Of a DNA stretch of 64,000 nucleotides, positions 20,813-31,096 are shown piece after piece. The notes beneath the pieces were generated by a model. The model was not told where the DNA came from, did not search any database, and saw only the letters and a list, made by a program, of their open reading frames with translations. Position numbers and translations under genes: made by a program. This stretch comes from Arenicellales bacterium (GTDB taxonomy: Bacteria > Pseudomonadota > Gammaproteobacteria > Arenicellales > JAHEKD01), in contig CBDCFC010000018.1 in the NCBI GenBank assembly GCA_965215945.1, positions 61,740 through 125,739 of the forward strand, given 5' to 3'. The stretch's first letter is position 1; every line of letters begins with the position of its first letter.

Positions 20813-21070
20813 TCAGGATAAATCTAGCTTTTGATCGGTCAGTTCATTAAGTCTTTCTGGTTCGAAATCAATATCGGCTGCAGAATCCACCGAAAGTAAT
20901 TCAACAATGTTTCGTGAACCGCTGAAGAGTGATTGATAGGCTGTGATACTTAGTAAAACATATCTTGGACTACCGTCATCGGTAATGATAACTGGGCCGG
21001 AGTCAGCGCTACTTTTGGCTCTAGCAACATTGGACTCAAATTCCTCATTTGAAATTGTAGTGCTGCTAAT
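20813..21070 (-). CDS. Phd/YefM-family antitoxin (not in ORF track; ATT at the start position)
   Basis: Hand translation gives ISSTTISNEEFESNVARAKSSADSGPVIITDDGSPRYVLLSITAYQSLFSGSRNIVELLSVDSAADIDFEPERLNELTDQKLDLS*, matching the Phd pattern (REF...A...GPV.IT..G.P..VLLS...Y). GAGG RBS lies 8 nt upstream of the ATT. Confidence 0.75.
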   Translation of the reverse strand: MSSTTISNEEFESNVARAKSSADSGPVIITDDGSPRYVLLSITAYQSLFSGSRNIVELLSVDSAADIDFEPERLNELTDQKLDLS

Positions 21071-21274
21071 GGCTTATACCTCTGTACTGAGTGATAAGAT
21101 TAATAATCCCAGGATAGTACCAGATCATGTTGTGATTTTGATTATAATCACTTTTTATAAAGTAAGATTTATACCAAAACTAGGACGTTTGTGTAATCCA
21201 TGATCTAAGTAATTTCAATATAACTAAAATTTTGGTAATATATTGTCATAATTATATTATGAGGAGAAATAATA

Positions 21275-24200
21275 ATGACAATTAGAATATTTGCCGTATC
21301 ACCCTCTGGAAAATCTCGCCCGGGTATTGCCGTTGCGCTGTCTCATTCTAAAAAACACGATATCTCTGAAAGAGAAACAACTTTGGCTGTCAAGCAAGCA
21401 GATCGTGTCGGATTTATATCTTTTAAAACTGACAGTGTTCCAGAATATGGCGAATTCAAACTATACGTAGTAGGGAGTCCTGATTCGCATATCAAACTGG
21501 CCGTGGCTCATATTCCACCGGTAAGTGTGCTGGAAATACCAGATTCTGTTCCTGCAGAACCGACAGGTTCTTTTCCATCTGGATCGTGTGGTGATCCTGG
21601 AGATGTTGAAATATCGCCAGAATCCTTTGCAAAAACAACAAATATTGAAGGAAATAGCGAATGTGACTTGTTTTTACCTGGGGCACAAGCTGAAAGAGTT
21701 TATACATACAGACAACTAGCCATGAAGCCAAGCAAACCTCAACGCTTAAGATTTGCTGAAGGTGAATGCTTTGTAGATGAAAAAGGTCCGCAGATGCTCG
21801 ACGGACGAGATACTAATCCAGGTCCTTGCTATAGAAAAGGTGTTTTACTTGAGTATACGTCAACCTGGTGCGCAGTAGGTCATGCCTTAGGAGAGATCGC
21901 TTATAGTTTACCTCTTGCACCATGTGAATCTGTTAATTTGGCTGTCGTTGATTGGAGTCGCGATGATTTTACAAAAAGAACAGAATCAACTACTCAAACC
22001 GAATCATTATCTCATGATCAAAGACGTGACCGAGTTGTTGAAGAAACTGTTCAAGCTTCGTTGAAACAGACACAGCGTGGGTTTTCTGTAACTGGCGGGG
22101 CTTCGCTAGGTGGTGTAGTTTCAATCGGAGGGGGTTATTCATCTAGCACTGGAGAAACAGATCTACATTCTCAAAATACACAAAGCATAGCGGATGCTGT
22201 CCAACAAGCGAGCTCTGCTACTAGAGGCATATATAGTACGGTCATTGTTGAAGCTTCTCAGGCAGAAACAGATTCTGCCCAAACCAGAACAGTAACTAAT
22301 AACAATCATTGTCATGCAATGACGGTACTGTACTACGAAGTGCTTAGACGATATTTAGTAAGAATTGAGTTGAGTAAAGAAAGACATTTAATTCTTGTTC
22401 AGTTTGATATGCCTAATTTTACAGAGCAGTCTGCGTTATGTTTCAGATGGCTATTCGAACCAGTGTTGCTTGAACCAAGATTGAAAGATGGGTTTGATGC
22501 ACTTGCTCGAACAGAGTTTGGTGTTATTCCGCCCGACCCTTCATCATTTATTCTTCCACCATTGCCTACGCAACCAGTTACTAGGTTGAAAGTAACAACT
22601 ACAACCGGTACAAATGCTATGGATCAATCAAATGTTGACTTTGAACTATTTAAAGAAGATGGGTCAACCCTTATTTCTTTTGACTTAGATAACGAGTCAG
22701 GAGATTTTATTGACGAAGAGAATGATTTTGAAGAAGGGCAAACAAACATATTCGAAATTAGTGTTTCAGGAGATTGGAGTCCAAACGATATAGCTACGCT
22801 TGGACTTCAGTTTCATGAGTGGGGTGGTGTGGCTGGTATTGGAGGTGATGAGTGGCAAGTAGCAGAGATAACCGCACACTATAAAATCGAAGGTGACGAA
22901 GAATGGCACCTATTATACAAAAGTTCTGATGATAGTGAGAGTGGATTACCAAAAACACTATCAGGAAATGGTGTTTGGAGAAGACCTGTCCCACGAGAAG
23001 AGTCCGTTGGCCCATCACCAGAGGAATTAGAGGCTCGCAGGGCTGTCTCTAAATGGAACAGAGATATTAAGCAGGGTCAAAGATTATTGCATCATTTAAA
23101 TTGTAACCGTGAATATTATTATCGAAGAAAATGGGAAGGCGAGGATCCCGGAAATCGTGCCATTAAGCTAGCAAAGCTTAGGTATGGTGATGGGAGATTG
23201 ATAGACTCAATTGAAAATCGAGTTGTGGCTGTTGTGGGTGATACTATTGCTTTTCCACTGATTAAGAAAGACGATCCAAGCGAACCTCTTGAAAGAGCTG
23301 ATCCTGTTATTCGGTTAGTAGATTTACCAACAAGAGGACTTTTCGCTGAAGCGAAACTATCTAACTGTAATGTATGTGAAGAAAAGGATGTAACAAAATA
23401 TTGGGATTGGCAAGAGTCGCCATGTCCAGATTGTGCGCCAGAAATAGCTCCTGTTAGTTTGGGCTCACGCGATAGACCTACTTCGCCAGAACCGACTTCA
23501 TTTGCAAACCCAATTGTAAATATTACAAATCCACCTTCTGCACCTGATCCTATAGGCTTAAGTTCAGCATTACAGTTATTAGGGCAATCAGATTTATTTC
23601 GTGATATGTCAATGTCTTCAGAAGTATCAGATTTAGTATCAGATATATCATCTGGAGCAGTTACACTTGAGCAAGCTCGTATAAGGGCACAGCAAATAGA
23701 GGCACAACGTGATAGAGCTGGTTTAACTGACACTTCAAGAATTACAAGTGAGAGAAGAGCATCACCTCAGTCAACTCATGATGCCATTCAAGTGACCCGT
23801 GATGCTGTTAATAAAGGAAACTTGAGTGAAGAAGAAGGTAACCAAAAGATTTCCGATATGCTGGATGAAATGACTGGTGTAACAAGAAAAGGTGGAGAAA
23901 CTCTCGAGAGACAATGGTATAGAGAAAATCCTGGTATCAGAACGAATAATTTAGGAGCAACAGGAAATGAATTGTTGATTTGGAATTTTGATATTGGAAG
24001 TGCCGAGTTGGGAACTGACTCAGAGATTAGATCGTTAAACCTAGATGTAGAAAGGTTTTTTCTAAATAATGCCCCATTTACTTATCCTGATGGTGACGTT
24101 AGAACAGATAAAATATTATGGGTTGAGGGTCGCTCTAGTAGTAGTGGTTCAGATTTGGAAAACGAGGCACTTAGTATAAATAGAATAGCTAATGTTAGTA

Positions 24201-24889
24201 GCGAGCTTATTTCTAATTCTGCACCTAGGCCGCCAGAAATTAACATTAGAACTATACCTTTAGGTGAGGGACACCCACTCCTACCTGATGATACGCCAGA
24301 AGGTATGGCAAGAAATCGAAGTGTTAGACTCATTATAGAAGATCTAAATGAAGAATGTGAAGTAGATAGTGAGGTTCTTGGTATTGCTAGAACAATTCTT
24401 GAACGTCTTCTGGGATCTCGTCATTCTATTGATCCTTCTACACTTTGGACTCCACAAATTAATGGAATTAGAAGGTTACATCCCGTACCTACAATTCCGA
24501 CTAGAGTCTTTCCTTCTTGGTACGGATCACATACACCAGTCCCGGATGATCCAATTTGCGTAGACAGACCATCATTGTTATGTATGCCTAATGAATATCT
24601 AAGTTTTACGACCCTTGTAATCATGCTTGAAGCAGAATGCCGTAGAAGCGGTGTCTTGAATGAGGAAACTATAGGGAAAATAATAGGTTCATTTATGCAA
24701 CAAAGCCAACAGGCAATTAATGAGGAAACTAGGCTGCGTAATTTATTTCTAAGATACCCAACTTTTATCGGTGGTATGACATCTGCAAATGATATATTAG
24801 CTAGAGGCTACGATAGAATTCAAGATCAGTGGTTCTTAAGAGACCCAACATGTTCATGGAAATATATACATCCCGATGCTTCTCCCTAA
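21275..24889 (+). CDS. 1204-aa uncharacterised multidomain protein with PLAT/LH2-like and OmpA-C-like segments
   Basis: Intact ORF with GAGGAG RBS. About aa 436-547 is PLAT-like (KVTTTTG...NVDFEL...DFEEGQTNIF...DEWQVAEI). About aa 900-1022 is OmpA-like (WNFDIGSAEL, VEGRSS..G....N..LS..R, G...P...D.TPEG.ARNRSV). Confidence 0.7.
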   Translation: MTIRIFAVSPSGKSRPGIAVALSHSKKHDISERETTLAVKQADRVGFISFKTDSVPEYGEFKLYVVGSPDSHIKLAVAHIPPVSVLEIPDSVPAEPTGSFPSGSCGDPGDVEISPESFAKTTNIEGNSECDLFLPGAQAERVYTYRQLAMKPSKPQRLRFAEGECFVDEKGPQMLDGRDTNPGPCYRKGVLLEYTSTWCAVGHALGEIAYSLPLAPCESVNLAVVDWSRDDFTKRTESTTQTESLSHDQRRDRVVEETVQASLKQTQRGFSVTGGASLGGVVSIGGGYSSSTGETDLHSQNTQSIADAVQQASSATRGIYSTVIVEASQAETDSAQTRTVTNNNHCHAMTVLYYEVLRRYLVRIELSKERHLILVQFDMPNFTEQSALCFRWLFEPVLLEPRLKDGFDALARTEFGVIPPDPSSFILPPLPTQPVTRLKVTTTTGTNAMDQSNVDFELFKEDGSTLISFDLDNESGDFIDEENDFEEGQTNIFEISVSGDWSPNDIATLGLQFHEWGGVAGIGGDEWQVAEITAHYKIEGDEEWHLLYKSSDDSESGLPKTLSGNGVWRRPVPREESVGPSPEELEARRAVSKWNRDIKQGQRLLHHLNCNREYYYRRKWEGEDPGNRAIKLAKLRYGDGRLIDSIENRVVAVVGDTIAFPLIKKDDPSEPLERADPVIRLVDLPTRGLFAEAKLSNCNVCEEKDVTKYWDWQESPCPDCAPEIAPVSLGSRDRPTSPEPTSFANPIVNITNPPSAPDPIGLSSALQLLGQSDLFRDMSMSSEVSDLVSDISSGAVTLEQARIRAQQIEAQRDRAGLTDTSRITSERRASPQSTHDAIQVTRDAVNKGNLSEEEGNQKISDMLDEMTGVTRKGGETLERQWYRENPGIRTNNLGATGNELLIWNFDIGSAELGTDSEIRSLNLDVERFFLNNAPFTYPDGDVRTDKILWVEGRSSSSGSDLENEALSINRIANVSSELISNSAPRPPEINIRTIPLGEGHPLLPDDTPEGMARNRSVRLIIEDLNEECEVDSEVLGIARTILERLLGSRHSIDPSTLWTPQINGIRRLHPVPTIPTRVFPSWYGSHTPVPDDPICVDRPSLLCMPNEYLSFTTLVIMLEAECRRSGVLNEETIGKIIGSFMQQSQQAINEETRLRNLFLRYPTFIGGMTSANDILARGYDRIQDQWFLRDPTCSWKYIHPDASP

Positions 24890-25046
24890 TCTATAACTCT
24901 GCAAACATTTATTAGTTGCAAAAGAAGAATCAATGTTTATTTCTAGTTGGGCATATTCCCAAAATATTAGTAAGCGCCAAATTAGGGATGGGATTTTCAG
25001 TTAACGTTTGATCTGCCAGAGTAAGGTTTTCAAATTGGAGACTGGA

Positions 25047-25385
25047 ATGCTAGCAAAGACGATGACGACAAAACAGGGATTATGGCTAAGTCATGTTAAA
25101 GCGGCAGATGAAAGCAAAGGTACTATTGCAGATTACGCCAACACACACGGATTGCGTTTAAAAACGCTGTATCAATGGAAGTCGAAGCTAATTAAGTTAG
25201 GGCTATACAGACCTGCTGCTTAGTCGAGTCAATCAGCGTTTGTTCCGGTCGCACCTGTTCAATCCGTTTCATCAAAACCAAGCTGTAAGGTCAAGTTGAC
25301 CAATGGCACTGTGATTGAGTTTGCCGGTGAGTTGGATACCAAGATAATTCGAGCTGTAATTACCAGTTCGGAATTAAAGCGTTGA
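25047..25385 (+). pseudogene. tnpA: IS66 TnpA accessory protein with an in-frame TAG at 25221-25223
   Basis: HTH segment GLRLKTLYQWKSKL; after the TAG the same frame continues SSQSAFVPVAP...KLTNGTVIEF to a TGA overlapping the tnpB start. Confidence 0.7.
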
Positions 25386-25738
25386 TTCGTCCATCAGTGG
25401 ACTCGGCGATTTATTTATATCGCCATCCGGTGGATATGCGTAAGTCAATAAACGGACTGGTCGCGATTGTCGAAGGCCAAATGAATCTAGATCCATTTTC
25501 CTCAAAATTGTTTGTCTTTTGTAATTCCGCGAGAACGATTATCAAGATGGTCGGCTGGGAAGGCAATGGTTTTATCTTGTGGATGAAACGCATTGAGAAG
25601 GCACGATTCCGTTGGCCAGTGAATCTGCCGATAGATCAGGTTGAACTGAATGCCAGGCAGATTAACTGGTTATTGGATGGCTATGATTTAACGTTATTAC
25701 AAGGTCATTCGAGTTTACCTCATCACACTGTTCTTTAA
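25382..25738 (+). CDS. tnpB: IS66 TnpB
   Basis: PVDMRKSINGL, LFVFCN and WMKRIEKARFRWP motifs. Confidence 0.93.
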   Translation: MIRPSVDSAIYLYRHPVDMRKSINGLVAIVEGQMNLDPFSSKLFVFCNSARTIIKMVGWEGNGFILWMKRIEKARFRWPVNLPIDQVELNARQINWLLDGYDLTLLQGHSSLPHHTVL

Positions 25739-25773
25739 AGGTTTTAAAGCCGTTAGCATGATAAAATACAGCC

Positions 25774-27369
25774 ATGAATCAACGCATTAAATCACTCCCC
25801 AATGACCCTGAACAACTCAAGGAATTAGTGATTCAATTGCAAGATAAACTCGACACAGAACAGGCTAAAAACAAACACCAATCGGATTATATCAACCAGC
25901 TAATTGAAGCAATTGCCTTAGCCAAACAGCAACACTTCGGATCACGAAGTGAGAAGTTTAATGTTGATCAGCTCTCACTATTATTCAATGAGGCCGAAGC
26001 CTTATCCGATCATGATACTGACAATTCCAATGGGCATACTGATGACGAAAGCAAAACATTGGTTGCTGCGCACGCTCGTCGTAAAGGCAAAGGCGGTCGA
26101 AGGAAGCTGCCGGATCATTTTCCCAGAATCGAAGTTGTGCATGAATTGGATGAATCTGAATGCACCTGCGGCCACTGTCAGAGTCAGCTTATTGCGATGA
26201 GTGAGAAGTCCAGCGAGCAGATCGAACTGATTCCGATGACGGTCAAGGTCATCAAACACATCAAGAAGACCTATAGCTGCCCCAACTGTAAACAATCCAT
26301 TAAGGCGGCTAAGCTACCGCCCCAGCCGATTCCGGGCAATATCGCCAGTCCGGGAACAATCGCGCATGTAGTCGTCGGTAAATATATCAACAGTATGCCG
26401 TTATATCGGCAGGAACAAGAATTTAAACGGCTGGATATTCCACTCAACCGTTCAACCTTAGCAAATTGGATGATTAAGGCTGGGTTATTGATCCAACCGC
26501 TGATTAATCTGATGCGTGATTCGATGTTGGACTACGATATTGTCCAAATGGACGAAACACGGTGTCAGGTATTAAAAGAACCGGGGAAAACGCCGCAAAG
26601 CCAATCGTTTATGTGGATTCAGCGTGGCGGGCCACCGGGCCGAAGAATCATTCTATATGATTATGCGCCGAGCCGGTCTCAAGAGATTCCCGTACAGTTG
26701 CTCGGTGATTATTCCGGTTATTTACAAACAGATGGTTACGAGGGGTATAACAAAGTTTGTCAACGAAATGACATTACCCAACTTGGCTGCTGGGCACATG
26801 TGAGGCGAAAGTTTGATCAAGCGATCAAAGCTCAGGACAAGCTCAAGACGAAGAAAGTGTCTTTAGCCAAACAAGCCTTGCAACGGATTCAACTGCTGTA
26901 CCGAATTGAGAAGAAGTCCAAAGACTTAACTGTTGAACAGCGATTCGCACTTCGCCAATCCCGGCCTGTGCCGATTCTTAAAGACCTAAGGAAATGGCTG
27001 GATCGGCAGCTGCCAATCGTGGTCAAGCAATCAGCCTTGGGCAAGGCTATGCACTATATGGATAAACAGTGGGATAAGTTAACCGTATATACGACTGATG
27101 GTCGATTACATATCGACAATAATCAATGTGAGAACGCAATTCGACCATTTGTGATTGGGCGTAAAAATCATTTGTTCTCCGACACGGTTTCAGGGGCGAA
27201 GTCCAGTGCTAATCTTTATTCATTGATTGAAACGGCTAAGGCTAACGGGTTGGAACCTTATAACTACTTAAAGACTGTTTTTACTGAACTACCAAAAGCC
27301 ACTTGTGTTGAGCAGATCGAAGCCTTGCTACCGTTCAAGCTACTGACTGAACTGGAGCAGGCGGCATAA
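25774..27369 (+). CDS. tnpC: IS66 transposase TnpC
   Basis: FGSRSEK, Zn-binding CGHC...CPNC, MDET, LQTDGY, GCWAHVRRKF and IDNNQCENAIRP motifs. Confidence 0.96.
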   Translation: MNQRIKSLPNDPEQLKELVIQLQDKLDTEQAKNKHQSDYINQLIEAIALAKQQHFGSRSEKFNVDQLSLLFNEAEALSDHDTDNSNGHTDDESKTLVAAHARRKGKGGRRKLPDHFPRIEVVHELDESECTCGHCQSQLIAMSEKSSEQIELIPMTVKVIKHIKKTYSCPNCKQSIKAAKLPPQPIPGNIASPGTIAHVVVGKYINSMPLYRQEQEFKRLDIPLNRSTLANWMIKAGLLIQPLINLMRDSMLDYDIVQMDETRCQVLKEPGKTPQSQSFMWIQRGGPPGRRIILYDYAPSRSQEIPVQLLGDYSGYLQTDGYEGYNKVCQRNDITQLGCWAHVRRKFDQAIKAQDKLKTKKVSLAKQALQRIQLLYRIEKKSKDLTVEQRFALRQSRPVPILKDLRKWLDRQLPIVVKQSALGKAMHYMDKQWDKLTVYTTDGRLHIDNNQCENAIRPFVIGRKNHLFSDTVSGAKSSANLYSLIETAKANGLEPYNYLKTVFTELPKATCVEQIEALLPFKLLTELEQAA

Positions 27370-27438
27370 TAACTGATAGAATGATTATTTTCGCTGCTAA
27401 CTCAATTAGCGACATTACGCCGAAAGCGTTAAATTCAT

Positions 27439-27744
27439 ATGGAAAAACCTAGATTTATAATTTTTTATTATATTGTGGGAGTTTTGCTATTTCCTCTGGT
27501 ATTCATGGTTGGGAATATGAAGGCAGATAATACATCATTTTATTTTTGTTTAATTCTATACTATTTAGGGGTGTGGAACTGCTATGCATTTTTTGAAAAT
27601 AAACTGATAATAATAGGGTATGGTTCAATTAAGCCGAAAGCCGAAAAAAACACTAGGAGACTGGCTTTTCTACTAAACTTTTTAGTAATGGGTTTGTGTT
27701 TATTCGAATTATTTTTTGCGAGATTGAAAAGTTACCCTTTGTAA
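27439..27744 (+). CDS. Small membrane protein carried inside the IS66 ends
   Basis: 101-aa ORF with three hydrophobic segments, lying between the tnpC stop and the right IR. Confidence 0.55.
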   Translation: MEKPRFIIFYYIVGVLLFPLVFMVGNMKADNTSFYFCLILYYLGVWNCYAFFENKLIIIGYGSIKPKAEKNTRRLAFLLNFLVMGLCLFELFFARLKSYPL

Positions 27745-27835
27745 GAAGCGAGATTGTCACGCCTTTAATCCAACGCTTACAATATTAGAAATATAATTGA
27801 CGCACCAATATAGCTAATAATGTTGCAAAATTTGC

Positions 27836-28525
<690 letters not shown>

Positions 28526-28537
28526 GAAAGAAATAAA

Positions 28538-29206
28538 ATGGAAAAAGCAATAATTTTCGATTGTGATGGTGTTCTGGTTGATTCAGAAATTATATACAGT
28601 GCTATTGAGCGTAAGTACCTGTCAGATATTGGATTAACTTACACAGACTACGAATATCAAAGTAGATTTGTGGGATTGACTTCAAGCGATTACATCAAGG
28701 AACTCCGCGCAGATTTCCATACAATTTATAGAAAATCATTCCCAACTGATTTTGAGAATCTTGTTTCAAAAGAATGCTCTACTGCTTTTGAAACAGAACT
28801 CAAAGCGATTATTGGTGCCGCGGATTTTATTGAAAAATTAAATTGCCCAATTGCAGTTGCGTCGTCTAGCGAATTAGAAATATTAAATAAAAAACTCACT
28901 ATTACAGGGTTACTGAAATATTTTGATACACATATTTATTCTGGCGCGCAAGTACCAAAAGGCAAACCGGAACCAGACATTTTCTTGTTTGCTGCAAACA
29001 AACTTGGGGTAGTTCCCAATAAGTGTATCGTTATTGAAGACAGTGCTAATGGGATTGTTGCTGGATTAAATGCTGGTATGAAAGTATGGGGCTTTTTGGG
29101 TGGAAGTCACACCGATCCAGATATGTCAACTCGACTCTACAATGCAGGTGCGAATCAATTATTTAAAGATTTTACAGAACTTTCTAATTTTGTGCATTTA
29201 AAATAG
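28538..29206 (+). CDS. HAD-superfamily hydrolase (beta-PGM-like)
   Basis: FDCDGVLVDSE, VASSS, KGKPEPDIF and VIEDSANG motifs. Confidence 0.92.
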   Translation: MEKAIIFDCDGVLVDSEIIYSAIERKYLSDIGLTYTDYEYQSRFVGLTSSDYIKELRADFHTIYRKSFPTDFENLVSKECSTAFETELKAIIGAADFIEKLNCPIAVASSSELEILNKKLTITGLLKYFDTHIYSGAQVPKGKPEPDIFLFAANKLGVVPNKCIVIEDSANGIVAGLNAGMKVWGFLGGSHTDPDMSTRLYNAGANQLFKDFTELSNFVHLK

Positions 29207-29212
29207 ATTTTG

Positions 29213-29250
29213 CTTAGCGTACGTTTTCGTTCCGTTGGACTTCAAACCCC
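29213..29250 (-). repeat. Classical 38-bp Tn3-family terminal inverted repeat (unpaired)
   Basis: The reverse complement reads GGGGTTTGAAGTCCAACGGAACGAAAACGTACGCTAAG, matching the Tn3 IR pattern GGGG...GAACGAAAAC..ACG.TAAG. Confidence 0.88.
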
Positions 29251-29579
29251 GATACGCTCTTGGGGCAGCGCCCCAAGTTAGAGGAGTAATTGAAGCTAAA
29301 ACCACGAAAAAAACATCCCTTTATGAGATATCTGCAGCAGAAAAATTGTCAGCCGTACGAAAAGTGTTATGGGGAGATTGGCTTCATATTCCAGATCAAT
29401 GACAGCGATAAGTAAAATTGATGCATCAGATTTGGCAAAAGAACTTGGAATATCAATGAAAATATTGTATGAGTATGTTTAATCAACGGGTGAAAATCGA
29501 AAACCAGGCTAGAAAGTTTTACCGTCGAATTGATATATGAATATATGAAGACATTACGTAAGGTTTGTGGGAGGATTAA

Positions 29580-30848
29580 TTGAAAGCATTTGCCATCGTA
29601 AATGATTCGCTTAGAGGTTCGTTACTTGATAGATCGACTAATTCATCTTCTAGAGTCCTATCTACATCAGATGAAATATCTCATCAATTAAAACAACTTA
29701 TTCCGGCATTAGAATTAAAAGAATCTGGTTCCTTTTTCACTGGCGATATTATGGCAAAACAAGCCATTAAAACATTAAGTAAGAGTTTTAATACTAATTC
29801 TATTCTTCTGGATCCAACATGCGGTATAGGAAATTTATTGATTTCAGCGTCAGAATATATGCCAGTTTTTGGTTCTTTACGGGATACCATTGAACATTGG
29901 GGACAAAGGCTACATGGATTCGACTTGCATCCTGAATTTGTTGAATGTACGAAATTAAGGTTAATTCAAACAGCAATTTATCGAGGTGCCAAACCTACTG
30001 GGAATAACTTGGAAGAAATAGAGTTTCTCTTTAAAAACATTAGAATTGGTAACATATTTAGCCACATTAATAATTGTGAAAGTGCTAGTCACATATTATT
30101 AAATCCACCTTATATCTTGAGGGCATTGCCAGAAGATCGAAGCTGGGGCCGCGGTAAAGTTAACATGGCTGCAGTATTTGTCGAGGATGTGTTTAAGCAC
30201 TGCAAAAAGGATACTCGATATGTGGCGATACTTCCAGATGTCTTAAGGAGCGGATCTAGGTATGTCAAATGGAGAGAATCAATTTCTTCAAATAATACTG
30301 TAGAGCAGAGCATTATTGGTCGGTTTGATAAAAAGACTGATGTTGATGTGTTTTTAATGACAGGAATCATCGGACATCCGTGTAAAAATAAAAATAATAA
30401 AATTAAAGTTTCCACTGTAGCAACAAAAGTAGGAGATAAATTCGATGTTCGTATTGGGCCCCTGGTCGCATATCGAGATAAGATGGTTGGCCAAATACAC
30501 CCATACATACAATCAAAGAATCTCAATATTTGGGATACAACAGAATCATTTAAATATAGAAGGACCAAGTGTACTTTGATAAAACCACCATTTGTCGTTA
30601 TTAACCGTACTTCAAGTCCCTCGGACAAACATCGTGCTAGAGCAACGATCATTGCCGGAAACCAACCTGTGGCAGTTGAAAATCATCTAGTTATATTGAA
30701 ACCTAAAAAAGGAGGGGTGCGTATTTGCCGCAGGTTAATTTCACAACTGAAGTCTGAGTCTACAAATCAATTTCTAAATAAAAGAATTCGATGTCGACAC
30801 TTGACTGTATCAGCAGTTAAAGAAATACCATGGCAAGAAAAATACTAG
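29580..30848 (+). CDS. Amino-DNA methyltransferase (m6A/m4C, gamma class, TaqI/Eco57I-like)
   Basis: Motif I LLDPTCGIGNLL precedes motif IV LLNPPY; a C-terminal target-recognition-like region follows. Confidence 0.88.
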   Translation: MKAFAIVNDSLRGSLLDRSTNSSSRVLSTSDEISHQLKQLIPALELKESGSFFTGDIMAKQAIKTLSKSFNTNSILLDPTCGIGNLLISASEYMPVFGSLRDTIEHWGQRLHGFDLHPEFVECTKLRLIQTAIYRGAKPTGNNLEEIEFLFKNIRIGNIFSHINNCESASHILLNPPYILRALPEDRSWGRGKVNMAAVFVEDVFKHCKKDTRYVAILPDVLRSGSRYVKWRESISSNNTVEQSIIGRFDKKTDVDVFLMTGIIGHPCKNKNNKIKVSTVATKVGDKFDVRIGPLVAYRDKMVGQIHPYIQSKNLNIWDTTESFKYRRTKCTLIKPPFVVINRTSSPSDKHRARATIIAGNQPVAVENHLVILKPKKGGVRICRRLISQLKSESTNQFLNKRIRCRHLTVSAVKEIPWQEKY

Positions 30849-31084
30849 ATTCTCTTCCTTTTGAGATTGAGGCTTGCATTTCCATACAGTTGGGTCGAGA
30901 AAGCATTTCAAGTTCCATAGTAGCAATCTCTGAATCAGTAAAAAATACATACGATGCGGATGCTACAAAAGTAAAAGTAGAATTAGTTAAAAACATTTGT
31001 GGCAATAATAGCTTGCTAATCTCTGATAATGGCCACGGAATGGACTTGAGTGATATCAATGGTGCACTACTTTTAGGTATATAG
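30830..31084 (+). pseudogene. Truncated GHKL (HATPase/MORC-like) ATPase N-terminal fragment
   Basis: SESVKNTYDADATKV and ISDNGHGM are GHKL motifs I and II; the frame stops after 84 aa, before the GxG motifs. Confidence 0.75.
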
Positions 31085-31096
31085 GGTGAGTAGTCA

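Larger units (their letters stand above)
24970..27780 (+). mobile_element. IS66-family element with a passenger ORF
   Basis: Ends GTAAGCG (24970) and CGCTTAC (27780); AATATTAG occurs at 24963-24970 and 27781-27788 as an 8-bp target duplication that shares one G with the left end; tnpA-tnpB-tnpC order. Confidence 0.9.

Noticed and set aside
29290-29510. Resolvase-like HTH fragment (SDLAKELGISMKILYEYV)
   Set aside because: It is too short and broken by stops to call; at best a degraded remnant.
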